Part shown: positions 22,395-30,629 of the stretch, piece by piece | Numbering within the stretch: position 1 is the stretch's first letter | Layout of the letters: each line of letters opens with the position of its first letter | NCBI GenBank assembly: GCA_963742535.1 | Contig: CAVUMC010000002.1 | Location: 1,683,146-1,747,145, forward strand | Source: an uncultured Solirubrobacterales bacterium | Lineage (GTDB): Bacteria > Actinomycetota > Thermoleophilia > Solirubrobacterales > 70-9 | DNA length: 64,000 nucleotides | Direction of reading: 5' to 3' | Notes under the pieces: model-generated | The model's database searches: none | Told to the model about the DNA's origin: nothing | What the model saw: the letters and a program-made list of their open reading frames with translations, nothing else | Translations under genes and position numbers: made by a program

Positions 22395-23579
22395 ATGAGC
22401 GATAGCAACGGAGCAAATGGCAGCAACGGCACCGGCCGCACGGACGAGAAGGTCCGCGTAGCGATCGTCGGCACCGGCAACTGCGCCAACAGCTTCATCC
22501 AGGGCGTCCAGTACTACAAGGACGCCGATCCCAGCGAGGAAGTGCCCGGCCTGATGCACGTCGACCTGGGCGGTTACCACGTCGGTGACGTCGAGTTCGT
22601 CGCCGCCTTCGACATCGACTCCGAGAAGGTCGGCAAGGACCTCTCCGAGGCGATCTGGTCCGGCCAGAACGACACGATCAAATTCGCCGAGGTGCCGAAC
22701 CTGGGCGTCAAGGTCGAGCGGGGCATGACTTTGGACGGCCTCGGCAAGTACCTGAAGGAGAAGATCACCAAGGCGCCGGGGGAAACCGCTGACGTCGTCG
22801 GCATCCTCAAGGAGACCAAGGCGGATGTGCTGGTCTGTTACCTGCCGGTCGGTTCCGAGGACGCGACCAAGTGGTACGTCGAGCAGGCGCTCAAGGCCGG
22901 CGTTGGTTTCGTCAACTGCCTGCCCGTCTTCATCGCCCGCGAGGACTACTGGGACAAGCGCTTCAAAGAGGCCGGCCTGCCGATCATCGGCGACGACATC
23001 AAGTCCCAGGTCGGGGCGACGATCGTCCACCGCCAGCTCGCCCGCCTCTTCCACGACCGCGGCGTGCGCGTCGAGCGCACCTCGCAGCTCAACGTCGGCG
23101 GCAACATGGACTTCTACAACATGCTCGAGCGCGAGCGGCTGGACTCGAAGAAGATCTCCAAGACCAACGCCGTAACCTCGATCATGGGCCACGAGCTGCC
23201 CGCTGAGGATGTCCACGTCGGCCCCTCCGACTACGTCGCCTGGCTGACCGACCGCAAGTGGGCGCACATCCGGCTCGAGGGCAAAGCCTTCGGCGATGTG
23301 CCGCTCAACGTCGAGCTCAAGCTCGAGGTCTGGGACTCGCCCAATTCGGCCGGCGTCGTGATCGACGCAGTACGGCTGATCAAGCTGGCCCTCAACAACG
23401 GCATCGCCGGCCAGCTCGACGGTCCCTCCAGCTACCTGATGAAGTCGCCGCACAGCCAGCGGCCCGATGACGAAGCGCGCGAACAGACCGAGGAATTCAT
23501 CTCGGCCAACAAGCGCGGTTCCTCTTCGGCTGCTGGAGCTACCACGGCGCCCGACGCGGCAGCAAAGGCCGAGGCCTGA
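22395..23579 (+). CDS. ino1: myo-inositol-1-phosphate (inositol-3-phosphate) synthase
   Basis: As far as I recall the M. tuberculosis Ino1 sequence, this is near-collinear with it: [71 protein letters not shown]. Confidence 0.95.
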   Translation: MSDSNGANGSNGTGRTDEKVRVAIVGTGNCANSFIQGVQYYKDADPSEEVPGLMHVDLGGYHVGDVEFVAAFDIDSEKVGKDLSEAIWSGQNDTIKFAEVPNLGVKVERGMTLDGLGKYLKEKITKAPGETADVVGILKETKADVLVCYLPVGSEDATKWYVEQALKAGVGFVNCLPVFIAREDYWDKRFKEAGLPIIGDDIKSQVGATIVHRQLARLFHDRGVRVERTSQLNVGGNMDFYNMLERERLDSKKISKTNAVTSIMGHELPAEDVHVGPSDYVAWLTDRKWAHIRLEGKAFGDVPLNVELKLEVWDSPNSAGVVIDAVRLIKLALNNGIAGQLDGPSSYLMKSPHSQRPDDEAREQTEEFISANKRGSSSAAGATTAPDAAAKAEA

Positions 23580-23582
23580 GAT

Positions 23583-23607
23583 AAGAGGCCGCCCCCGGCG
23601 GCCTCTT
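23583..23607 (+). terminator. perfect 11-bp GC-rich stem-loop after ino1, abutting the next start codon
   Basis: AAGAGGCCGCC-CCC-GGCGGCCTCTT lies 4 nt after the ino1 TGA. The 3' arm ends directly at ATG 23608. There is no U-tract beyond the CTCTT inside the stem. Confidence 0.55.
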
Positions 23608-24900
23608 ATGCTGCACCCAGTGGCGGTGGAGGAGCACCTCGCGATAGTCCAGGTCACGCCGTACCGGCGTGGCAGCGCGAACCCGATCAACGAGTACATC
23701 GAGCGGATCTCGGTCGAGCTGGTGCGCCGTGGCCACCAGGTGCAGATCGCCGGCATCGGCGACCAGGTCAAAAAGCTGCTGCGCGAGACCAAAGCGGACA
23801 TCGTCCACGTCCACGAGCCGTTTGCGCCGCGCGTTTCCTCAACCGCGCTGCGCCACTCCTCGGCGCTCAACGTCGCCACCTTCCACGCGCCGCAGGAGCG
23901 GGTGCTCTCGACCCAGGTAGCGCGGCCGCTGGTCGAGATCTTCTTCGGCCGCCTCGACGCCCGCACGGTGGCGACAGCGGAGACCGGGAAGCTGCTGGAG
24001 CGCTACTTCCCCGCTTCCTACGAGCTTGTTCCGCCTGCCGGCGGCGATCGCGACTGGGCCGCAGTCGCGGCCGAGTTCGAGGCGATCTACCGCCGCCTTG
24101 CGGCGCGTCGACACGATCCGGCCGGCAACCCCGAGGTACGACGGCGGATCGCCAAACGGCCGCTGATCGAGGTCGACCTGCACATGCACACTGACCACTC
24201 GACGGACTGCGCGACGCCGGTCGAGGTGCTGCTGGAGACCGCCCGTGATCGCGGCCTCGGCGCGATCGCGATCACCGACCACAATGAGGTCTCCGGCGCG
24301 CTGGAGGCGCGACGCATCGCCGAGGGGATGGACGACCTCAAGGTGATCGTCGCCGAGGAGGTGAAGACGGCCGAGCAGGGCGAGGTGATCGGCCTCTTCC
24401 TCGAGGAGAAGATCCCCAAGGGGCTGTCGATGGCGGAAACGATTGCCGCGATCCGCGCGCAGGGCGGGCTCGTCTACGTGCCACATCCCTTCGATCGCTT
24501 CCACTCGGTGCCCGACTATGAGCACCTGCTCGACATCGTTGAGGAGATCGACGTGCTCGAGGTCTTCAACCCCCGCGTCGCGGTGACGGCCTTCAACGAG
24601 GAGGCCGAGCGCTTTGCCAACAAGTACCGGATTGTGCCGGGGGCGGGCTCCGACAGCCACGTCGCCCAGGGACTGGGCAGCGTGCGGGTGCGGATCCATG
24701 ACTTCGACGGGCCGGAGGAGTTCCTCGAGGCGATGCGGGACGCTGACATCACCCGCAAGCACAAGAACCTGGTCTACGTGCAGGCGCTGAAGTTGTTGCA
24801 GACGACCGGGCGACCGAAGGCGCCCAAACGCAGCGTCCCGGACGCCAAGCCGGTGCGCGGTGGTCGTCCGCGCAAACGTCGTTCGGCGAGCAAGAGCTGA
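23608..24900 (+). CDS. fusion protein: GT4-type glycosyltransferase N-terminal half plus PHP-domain phosphoesterase
   Basis: Residues 1-190 resemble the acceptor-binding Rossmann half of GT-B/GT4 enzymes (LAIVQVTPY..ELVRRGHQV..DIVHVHEP..ATFH..ELVPPAG). Residues from about 190 onward are a PHP domain (VDLHMHTDHSTD..AITDHN..VYVPHP..GSDSH). I chose Met 23608, not the 23467 ORF start that overlaps ino1. Confidence 0.75.
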   Translation: MLHPVAVEEHLAIVQVTPYRRGSANPINEYIERISVELVRRGHQVQIAGIGDQVKKLLRETKADIVHVHEPFAPRVSSTALRHSSALNVATFHAPQERVLSTQVARPLVEIFFGRLDARTVATAETGKLLERYFPASYELVPPAGGDRDWAAVAAEFEAIYRRLAARRHDPAGNPEVRRRIAKRPLIEVDLHMHTDHSTDCATPVEVLLETARDRGLGAIAITDHNEVSGALEARRIAEGMDDLKVIVAEEVKTAEQGEVIGLFLEEKIPKGLSMAETIAAIRAQGGLVYVPHPFDRFHSVPDYEHLLDIVEEIDVLEVFNPRVAVTAFNEEAERFANKYRIVPGAGSDSHVAQGLGSVRVRIHDFDGPEEFLEAMRDADITRKHKNLVYVQALKLLQTTGRPKAPKRSVPDAKPVRGGRPRKRRSASKS

Positions 24901-25565
24901 TGCAGGAGGGGCAGGCGAGAGGAGCCGAGCCGGGCCCGTCAAAGAAAGCGCCGAGCGCCATGCCGGCAACCGATGACGAGATCAAGGAGAAGTACCTCGA
25001 GCGCGCGATCCGCGAGCTCAACCAGCTGAGCCACGAGCTACAGGCCTGTCCGCATTGCCCGCGCGGAAAGCTGATGCCGGTGCTCGGCTCCGGCCACCCC
25101 CAGGCCGACGTCTTCATGCTCAAGCACGCCCCCGCCTCGGCGGAGATCGAAGAGGGCGTCGCCTTCTACGGCCGCGCGGGCAATGCGCTGATGAAGAGCT
25201 TCAAGCGGCTCGGCATCGACCCGATCGTCGTCTACGGCACGCTCTGCGTGAAGTGCCCGATCCCCGAGCCCGACCTCGCCGCCCCCGAGTGCATGCACCG
25301 CGTGGTCGAAGAGATCGCGATCGTGCAGCCGAAGATCGTCGTCGTCATGGGCGAGCCCGCTCTGCGCGTCCTCAACAACCTCCAGGTCCCGCTCTCCCGC
25401 CCGATCGAGCCGCGCCCAGGCGAGGTCCAAGCCTTCACCCCCACCGTCGACGCCCTCTACACCCCCGACATCGACGACTCACTCGATGAAGAAGACGCCA
25501 AGTCGCGTTTTTGGCGGAGCTTCAAGGTTCTCGGCCAGTGGTACGAGGATCTGCCTCCCTACTGA
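24900..25565 (+). CDS. uracil-DNA glycosylase superfamily protein (family 4/5-like)
   Basis: CPHCPRG..GSGHPQADVFMLKHAP..FYGRAGNALMK fits the family 4/5 motif pattern. The start ATG overlaps the upstream TGA; an alternative Met is at 24960. Confidence 0.7.
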   Translation: MQEGQARGAEPGPSKKAPSAMPATDDEIKEKYLERAIRELNQLSHELQACPHCPRGKLMPVLGSGHPQADVFMLKHAPASAEIEEGVAFYGRAGNALMKSFKRLGIDPIVVYGTLCVKCPIPEPDLAAPECMHRVVEEIAIVQPKIVVVMGEPALRVLNNLQVPLSRPIEPRPGEVQAFTPTVDALYTPDIDDSLDEEDAKSRFWRSFKVLGQWYEDLPPY

Positions 25566-25571
25566 GCAGTT

Positions 25572-25685
25572 CCGGTAGGCCCGGTAGGGGTTTCGCTTAA
25601 CTTTTTCGGTGGAGACGCGCTTGCTGGCGCCGCGAGGTGGGCGCCGAAAAAGTACAAGACGCTTCACCCCTACCGGGCCTACCGG
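25572..25685. repeat. 114-bp palindromic element with perfect 20-bp terminal inverted repeats
   Basis: CCGGTAGGCCCGGTAGGGGT (25572-25591) is the exact reverse complement of 25666-25685. An inner repeat is CTTTTTCGG (25601-25609) / CCGAAAAAG (25644-25652). The element lies between convergent genes. Confidence 0.85.
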
Positions 25686-25781
25686 GTCGGCTCTCTAGGA
25701 CGCCGCTGACTCGACCACGGCGCAGCCCGCCGGCTCCGCCTTCGTCGCTAGCTGAGGTGGGACGGGAATCGTGTCTAGCTG

Positions 25782-26573
25782 TTATTGAGGGGCGGCGGCT
25801 GTGGCAACGGCGGTCATCGGCTCGACTTTGGCGCTGGCTAGGCCGCGGACGACGATGGTGTCGAGGGGCTCGTAGGCGTCGAGCTGGGACTGGGCGGCGG
25901 CTGAGTCGGAGGCCGCTACGCCGACGGTGCCCTCGGGCTCGTCGAGGCGGGCGAAGTGGTTGCGGTAGCCGTCGTGGAGGTCGCGGTAGAAGGACTCCTC
26001 CTTGGCGAGGCGCTCGGCGGCGTCGGGGCCGACGGCGGTGCGGACGTAGCCGAAGACGGGTGGGGTCTCGCGGCCGGCCTCTTGGGCTCCCGCCTCGACC
26101 TTCTCGCGGGCGCCGGCGGCGAACTCAGGGGTCATCCAGTTGAAGAAGACGCCGTCGAACTCGGCGCCGGCCAGTGCACACATCTTCGGGCCCATCGCGG
26201 CGAGGACGAGGCGAACGCTGGGCAGCTTCTCGCGCAGCTCGGGCAATGACTCACGCATTCGAGTCAGGGGCTTCTTGGAGAAGCCGGCGCCGATGCCGAG
26301 CCAGAGTCGGGACGGATCGAGGCCGAGCCGCTCGATGTCGGCGGCGATCGTCTCCGGCGGCGTGCGGTCGAGGGCGATCACGGCGACGCCTAGGTCGACG
26401 CCGGGCGCCGCGGCGCCGAACTCCGCCAGCGTCTCGAGGCCTTTGGCGCCGGGGTGGTCGTTGGACCACATCGAGCCGTAGCCCAGCTCCGCGCAGCGCT
26501 CGGCCAGCGGTCGCGCCACCTCGGGATCTAGCCCGGCGGCAACTCCAAAGCCCCTGCTCTTGCCGACGCTCAC
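25782..26573 (-). CDS. luciferase-like (LLM class, probably F420-dependent) oxidoreductase
   Basis: 263 aa TIM-barrel-like sequence with ELGYGSMWSNDHP and a general LLM-family look. The cofactor assignment is an inference. Confidence 0.65.
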   Translation of the reverse strand: MSVGKSRGFGVAAGLDPEVARPLAERCAELGYGSMWSNDHPGAKGLETLAEFGAAAPGVDLGVAVIALDRTPPETIAADIERLGLDPSRLWLGIGAGFSKKPLTRMRESLPELREKLPSVRLVLAAMGPKMCALAGAEFDGVFFNWMTPEFAAGAREKVEAGAQEAGRETPPVFGYVRTAVGPDAAERLAKEESFYRDLHDGYRNHFARLDEPEGTVGVAASDSAAAQSQLDAYEPLDTIVVRGLASAKVEPMTAVATAAAPQ

Positions 26574-26670
26574 CCGCGAGAGCCTAGTCCTTGGCCTTTG
26601 TTTGAAAGATGTGACTCTTTCTCAATCCCAGATCAACCACAGACAACAAGTTTCAGCCTAGCCTGGCATC

Positions 26671-26991
26671 ATGGAGGCAATGGCACGGGAATGGACCGAC
26701 GATCGGCTCGATCTGCTGAGCGAAAGAGTCGACCTCGGCTTCAAAAATGTCGACCAACGCTTCGCCAGCGTCGACAAACGCTTCGACGAAGTGGAGAGGC
26801 GTTTCGAGCAAGTCGACAAGCGCTTCGGGGAAATGAATGAGAAGTTCGACAAGGTCGACACGGACATTCGTGAGTTGAGAGGCGAAATCTGGTCCATGCG
26901 GCGCTTGATGACGCAAGGTGTGATGGGTATCTGCGGGGTGATGGTCACCGGCTTCGTCGCCGTCTTCGCCGCGATCGTCACTCAGCTCTAG
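26671..26991 (+). CDS. tail-anchored coiled-coil protein with VDxRF 11-residue repeats
   Basis: VDLGFKNVDQRFASVDKRFDEVERRFEQVDKRFGEMNEKFDKVD is followed by one C-terminal TM segment. The DNA shows repeated GTCGACAA(A/G)CGCTTCG units. Confidence 0.7.
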   Translation: MEAMAREWTDDRLDLLSERVDLGFKNVDQRFASVDKRFDEVERRFEQVDKRFGEMNEKFDKVDTDIRELRGEIWSMRRLMTQGVMGICGVMVTGFVAVFAAIVTQL

Positions 26992-26998
26992 GGCTGGA

Positions 26999-28342
26999 TC
27001 ACTTCTCGAGCAGCGCCACGCACTCGATGTGCGGGGTCTGGGGGAACATGTCGACCGGCTTGACACGGCGGAGCGTGTAGCCGGCCTCGACCATCTGGGC
27101 AGCGTTGGGCGCCAGGGTGGTTGGGTTGCAGGAGACGTAGACGATTTTCTTCGCCTCGCACTCGAGCACGCGGCGGACGATCTTCTGCGAGAGGCCGGCG
27201 CGGGGTGGGTCGACGATGACGACGTCGGGCTTGCCGGCTTTCTCGATCAGCGGTCGCACGCCGGTGCGGGCGCTGCCGGCCATGAAGTGGGCGTTCTCGA
27301 TCTTGTTGCGTTCGGCGTTGCGCTCGGCGTTGGCGATTGCCTCGGGGACGATCTCGAGGCCCCAGACCTCACCCGCCCGTTTCGCCATCGTCAGCCCGAT
27401 CGTGCCGATTCCGCAGTAGAGGTCGAAGACGCGCTCGCTGCCGCTGAGGCCGGCGAACTCGGCGGCGATCGCGTAGAGGCGCTCGGCCATCTCGGTGTTG
27501 GTCTGGAAGAAGGCGCCGTGGGACATCTCCAGCTTCAGGTCGAAGAGCTCCTCGCGCAGGCGTTCCTCGCCGAGCGCGCCGGTCGGTCCGTCGGTCCCTC
27601 CCGAGTCGCCCTCGATCACTGTGTGGAGGTCGACCGGCGGCTGCGGAAAGCGCGCGGGGGTGGTGACGAGCCTGGTCTGGATCTGACCGGTGCGCCAGCC
27701 CTCGCGCACGACGAGGTTGCGCAGCACTCCTTCGCGGGCGCGGCGGTCGTAAGCGGGAATCGATTCGGCTCGTGCCCAATCGCGAACCGCGTTGCGGGCA
27801 GCGTTGCCGCGTTCGGAGGCAAGGTGGCAGTCGTCGACGTCGACGATCAGGTCCCAGCGACCGCGGGCGTGGAAGCCGAGCAGCGCCTCGCCGTCGCTAT
27901 CTCCGAAGGAGTACTCGAGCTTGTTGCGGTAGCGCCACTGCTCGAGCGCCGGCTCGATCTCCTCCAGCTCGAAGTCACCGAGCTCGCCGATTCGCCGCAA
28001 TGCCCCGTCGACCTGGGCGCTCTTCTCGGCCAGTTGCCGCTCGTAGGACAGGCCCTGCCAGGGAGCGCCGGGACAGGGCTCGCCGCCGTGCACGCAGACA
28101 TCGGCGACGCGTTCGGGGCCGGGATGCAGCAGCTCAACCGTGCGCGCCTCGGCGAAGCGGCGCTTTGCTTTGGTGATCTCCGCGCGGACCCGGTCGCCCG
28201 GCAGGGCGCCGGCGACGAAGACGACCAGCCCGTCCACCCGTGCGACCCCGCGCCCGCCGAAGGCGAGCGAGTCAATCTCGACCTCGAGCTGCTCGCCCCG
28301 GTGACGACGGGCCGCCGGTGCCTCGCCGGTGGCCCCCTCCAC
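26999..28342 (-). CDS. TRAM-domain RNA (uracil-5-)-methyltransferase, RlmD/TrmA family
   Basis: N-terminal TRAM-like OB fold, the SAM motif DLYCGIGTIGL and the catalytic VSCNPTTLA. Confidence 0.85.
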   Translation of the reverse strand: MEGATGEAPAARRHRGEQLEVEIDSLAFGGRGVARVDGLVVFVAGALPGDRVRAEITKAKRRFAEARTVELLHPGPERVADVCVHGGEPCPGAPWQGLSYERQLAEKSAQVDGALRRIGELGDFELEEIEPALEQWRYRNKLEYSFGDSDGEALLGFHARGRWDLIVDVDDCHLASERGNAARNAVRDWARAESIPAYDRRAREGVLRNLVVREGWRTGQIQTRLVTTPARFPQPPVDLHTVIEGDSGGTDGPTGALGEERLREELFDLKLEMSHGAFFQTNTEMAERLYAIAAEFAGLSGSERVFDLYCGIGTIGLTMAKRAGEVWGLEIVPEAIANAERNAERNKIENAHFMAGSARTGVRPLIEKAGKPDVVIVDPPRAGLSQKIVRRVLECEAKKIVYVSCNPTTLAPNAAQMVEAGYTLRRVKPVDMFPQTPHIECVALLEK

Positions 28343-28819
28343 CTAGCCCAGTTTCTTTCGGGCGCGCCGGGCGGCTTGCGTCGCTTGTTTGCGCACCGTG
28401 CGCACCGGCTCAGTTCGGCCGCCGACCTCGCGCCGCGCCTGGCTGACCAGCCGTTCCAGTTCCTTCAGCAGCGAGTCGGTCTGGCGGCGTCCCTTTTTGA
28501 CCAGTTCGGAAAGCATTTTCTCGGCGTCGCTGCGAGTCATGCGGCCCCGTTTGACCGCGTCGTCGACGACCTCCTGCAGGCGGTCGCGACTCAGGGTGAC
28601 GCTGCGCTCGAGGCTGTCGCGGAACTGCTCGACGCTCTTGTCGAGGCCAGTCGCCGCCGCCCCTTTGCTTGCCGCTTTTTTGGCCTTTGCTTTTTTGGCA
28701 GCGGGTTTTTTCGCTTTTGCGGCTTTTTTTGATGCGGGTTTGGCGGCCGGTTTTTTGGCACGCGTACCGGCTTTGGCTTTTTTCGCCGCTTTGCCGGCGG
28801 TCTCTTTTTTCGCGGCCAT
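28343..28819 (-). CDS. Lys/Ala-rich (histone H1-like) N-terminus fused to a phasin-like helical domain
   Basis: About 55 residues of AKKA/KKPAAK repeats, then a helical region DKSVEQFRDSLERSV..RLQEVVDDAVKRGRMTRSDAEKMLSELVKKGR. As I recall it, this resembles the COG3937/phasin-like family. Confidence 0.6.
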   Translation of the reverse strand: MAAKKETAGKAAKKAKAGTRAKKPAAKPASKKAAKAKKPAAKKAKAKKAASKGAAATGLDKSVEQFRDSLERSVTLSRDRLQEVVDDAVKRGRMTRSDAEKMLSELVKKGRRQTDSLLKELERLVSQARREVGGRTEPVRTVRKQATQAARRARKKLG

Positions 28820-28894
28820 TCCGTTTCGCCTCCTGGTCGTTTGGGCGGTCTTCCCGCCTGACTATCGCATCCTGCTGGGTCTTAGGGCTAGGGA

Positions 28895-29725
28895 CTACCC
28901 GTTTTGAAACGTGCCTTCGACCGGGGCATGGTCGGAGAGACGCAGGCGGAGGTTGTCATGGGGACGCTCTCGCCGCTCACCGGGCCACGGGGACGGTGCA
29001 GTGATGACGTCCAGTCCGCGCGTGAGCAGGTGGTCGATCGCTCGTGGGGCGGTCGCGCCGGCGAGGCCGAACTCGGACTCGAGGCGCTCGAAAGCGACGG
29101 CGTCCTCGGCTGGTCGCAGGTTGAGGTCGCCGCCGAAGAGCAGCGGCGCGCCGGCGGCCCACTCGACCGCGGCCGCGGCGGCGTGCAGCACGTCCTCGGC
29201 CGCGAGCCGCGGCTGGTCATTGGTCGCGTGCAGGTTGGCGATGCAGATTTGCACGCCCCCGCTGGTCGCGACGCGGGTAAACGCCATCGCTCGCCGCTCC
29301 GGGCGACCGCTGTGGATCGTCAGCTCGCGTCGCTCGACGATCTCGCCGAACGATCCTCCAGGACGGACCAGGGTCAGGTTCGAGCCGCCCTCGCCGGAGG
29401 CAATCAGGTCGGGGTTGTGGCGGGCGATCCAGGTCCGCAGCGGTGCGAGCGAGTTGCGCGAAGTGAGCGTGCGGTGGGCCCCCGCGCCGCACATTGCCGC
29501 CAGCGGCTCGGCGTAGCGGGGCGGGCACTCCTGCAGCATCGCCACGTCCCACTCGGCCTCGGCGAGGATCGCCGCGAACTCCTCCACCAGCTCGCGATTG
29601 ACCTGCGCGTGCGTCTCGTTTCGCTCCTCGATTCGCAACAGTCGCGAGCGCCAGGTGAAGAGCGCCGGGTCGGGCGGGAAGTCGCGACCGTGGAAGAGGT
29701 TCCAGCTGACGGCCGTGAACTCCAC
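28895..29725 (-). CDS. endonuclease/exonuclease/phosphatase (EEP) family protein (cytoplasmic)
   Basis: Only the C-terminal 277 codons of the 616-aa ORF look real: VSWNLFHG, MLQECP, IANLHAT, FGGDLN, LSDHAPV. GTG at 29725 is the first start not overlapping argF. Confidence 0.8.
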   Translation of the reverse strand: MEFTAVSWNLFHGRDFPPDPALFTWRSRLLRIEERNETHAQVNRELVEEFAAILAEAEWDVAMLQECPPRYAEPLAAMCGAGAHRTLTSRNSLAPLRTWIARHNPDLIASGEGGSNLTLVRPGGSFGEIVERRELTIHSGRPERRAMAFTRVATSGGVQICIANLHATNDQPRLAAEDVLHAAAAAVEWAAGAPLLFGGDLNLRPAEDAVAFERLESEFGLAGATAPRAIDHLLTRGLDVITAPSPWPGERRERPHDNLRLRLSDHAPVEGTFQNG

Positions 29726-29743
29726 CGCCGTAGTATCCGCTGC

Positions 29744-30628
29744 TTGAAGGTCGATTTCCTCACAGGCGAAGAGCTCGGCGCCTTCCAGCTCGGCAAGTTG
29801 CTCGACCGGGCCGCTGAGTTGAAGGCCGGTCGTGCCGAGCGCCTCGGCGCCGAGTCGCTGGCCGGCCGCAGCATCGCGCTCGTCTTCGAAAAGCCCTCGA
29901 CCCGGACGCGGATCTCCTTCGACGTCGGCGTTGCCGAGCTGGGCGCCCACCCACTCGTGCTGCGCGGCGACGAACTGCAGCTCTCGCGCGGCGAGTCGAT
30001 CGGTGACACGGCACGGGTGATCTCCCGCTACGTCGACGCGATCGTGATCCGTTCCGGCTCGCACGAGACGGTTGCCGAGCTCGCCGCCACCGCGGACGTG
30101 CCGGTCGTCAACGCGCTGACGCCGCTCCACCATCCCTGTCAGGCACTGGCCGACTTGCTCACCCTGCGCGAGCGCCGTGGTGATCTCAACGGACAGCGCC
30201 TCGCCTACGTCGGCGACGGCAACAACATGGCCCGTTCGCTGACGATCCTCGGGGAGCTGGCCGGGGTCGAGGTCGTCGTCGCGGCACCGTCGGGCTACCA
30301 GCTCGAGGAGGGCCACGGGGCGAAGCTCACCGCCGATCCGCGCGATGCGGCCGCTGGAGCCGATGCGCTCTACACCGACGTCTGGGTCAGCATGGGCGAT
30401 GAGGATGAGGCAGCGCAACGGCGTGCCGATCTCGCCCCCTTCCAGATCGACGCCGACCTGCTCTCCGCCGCCAAGGACGACGCGATCGTCTTGCATTGCC
30501 TGCCGGCGCACCCCGGTGAGGAGATCGCCGCCGAGGTGCTTTACGGTGAGCGCTCCGCCGTCTGGGATCAGGCCGAGAACCGCCTGCACGCCCAGAAGGC
30601 GCTGCTGGAGATGTTGCTCGCAGGCTGA
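29744..30628 (+). CDS. argF: ornithine carbamoyltransferase
   Basis: STRTR, HPCQALAD and HCLPA motifs. With the TTG start at 29744 the N-terminus LKVDFLTGEEL aligns with the usual M.RHFL..DL start of OTCases. Confidence 0.93.
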   Translation: MKVDFLTGEELGAFQLGKLLDRAAELKAGRAERLGAESLAGRSIALVFEKPSTRTRISFDVGVAELGAHPLVLRGDELQLSRGESIGDTARVISRYVDAIVIRSGSHETVAELAATADVPVVNALTPLHHPCQALADLLTLRERRGDLNGQRLAYVGDGNNMARSLTILGELAGVEVVVAAPSGYQLEEGHGAKLTADPRDAAAGADALYTDVWVSMGDEDEAAQRRADLAPFQIDADLLSAAKDDAIVLHCLPAHPGEEIAAEVLYGERSAVWDQAENRLHAQKALLEMLLAG

Positions 30629-30629
30629 G

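Noticed and set aside
21020-23966. Minus-strand ORFs of 421 aa (21020-22285) and 568 aa (22260-23966) over the inositol cluster
   Set aside because: They are antisense to the PAP2, CDP-alcohol transferase and ino1 genes, all of which have strong signatures.
25637-26143. 168-aa Arg-rich plus-strand ORF
   Set aside because: It is antisense to the LLM oxidoreductase and consists of poly-Arg/Gly low-complexity sequence.
27029-28732. 567-aa plus-strand ORF over the RNA methyltransferase and phasin-like genes
   Set aside because: It is antisense to genes with clear motifs and has no motif of its own.
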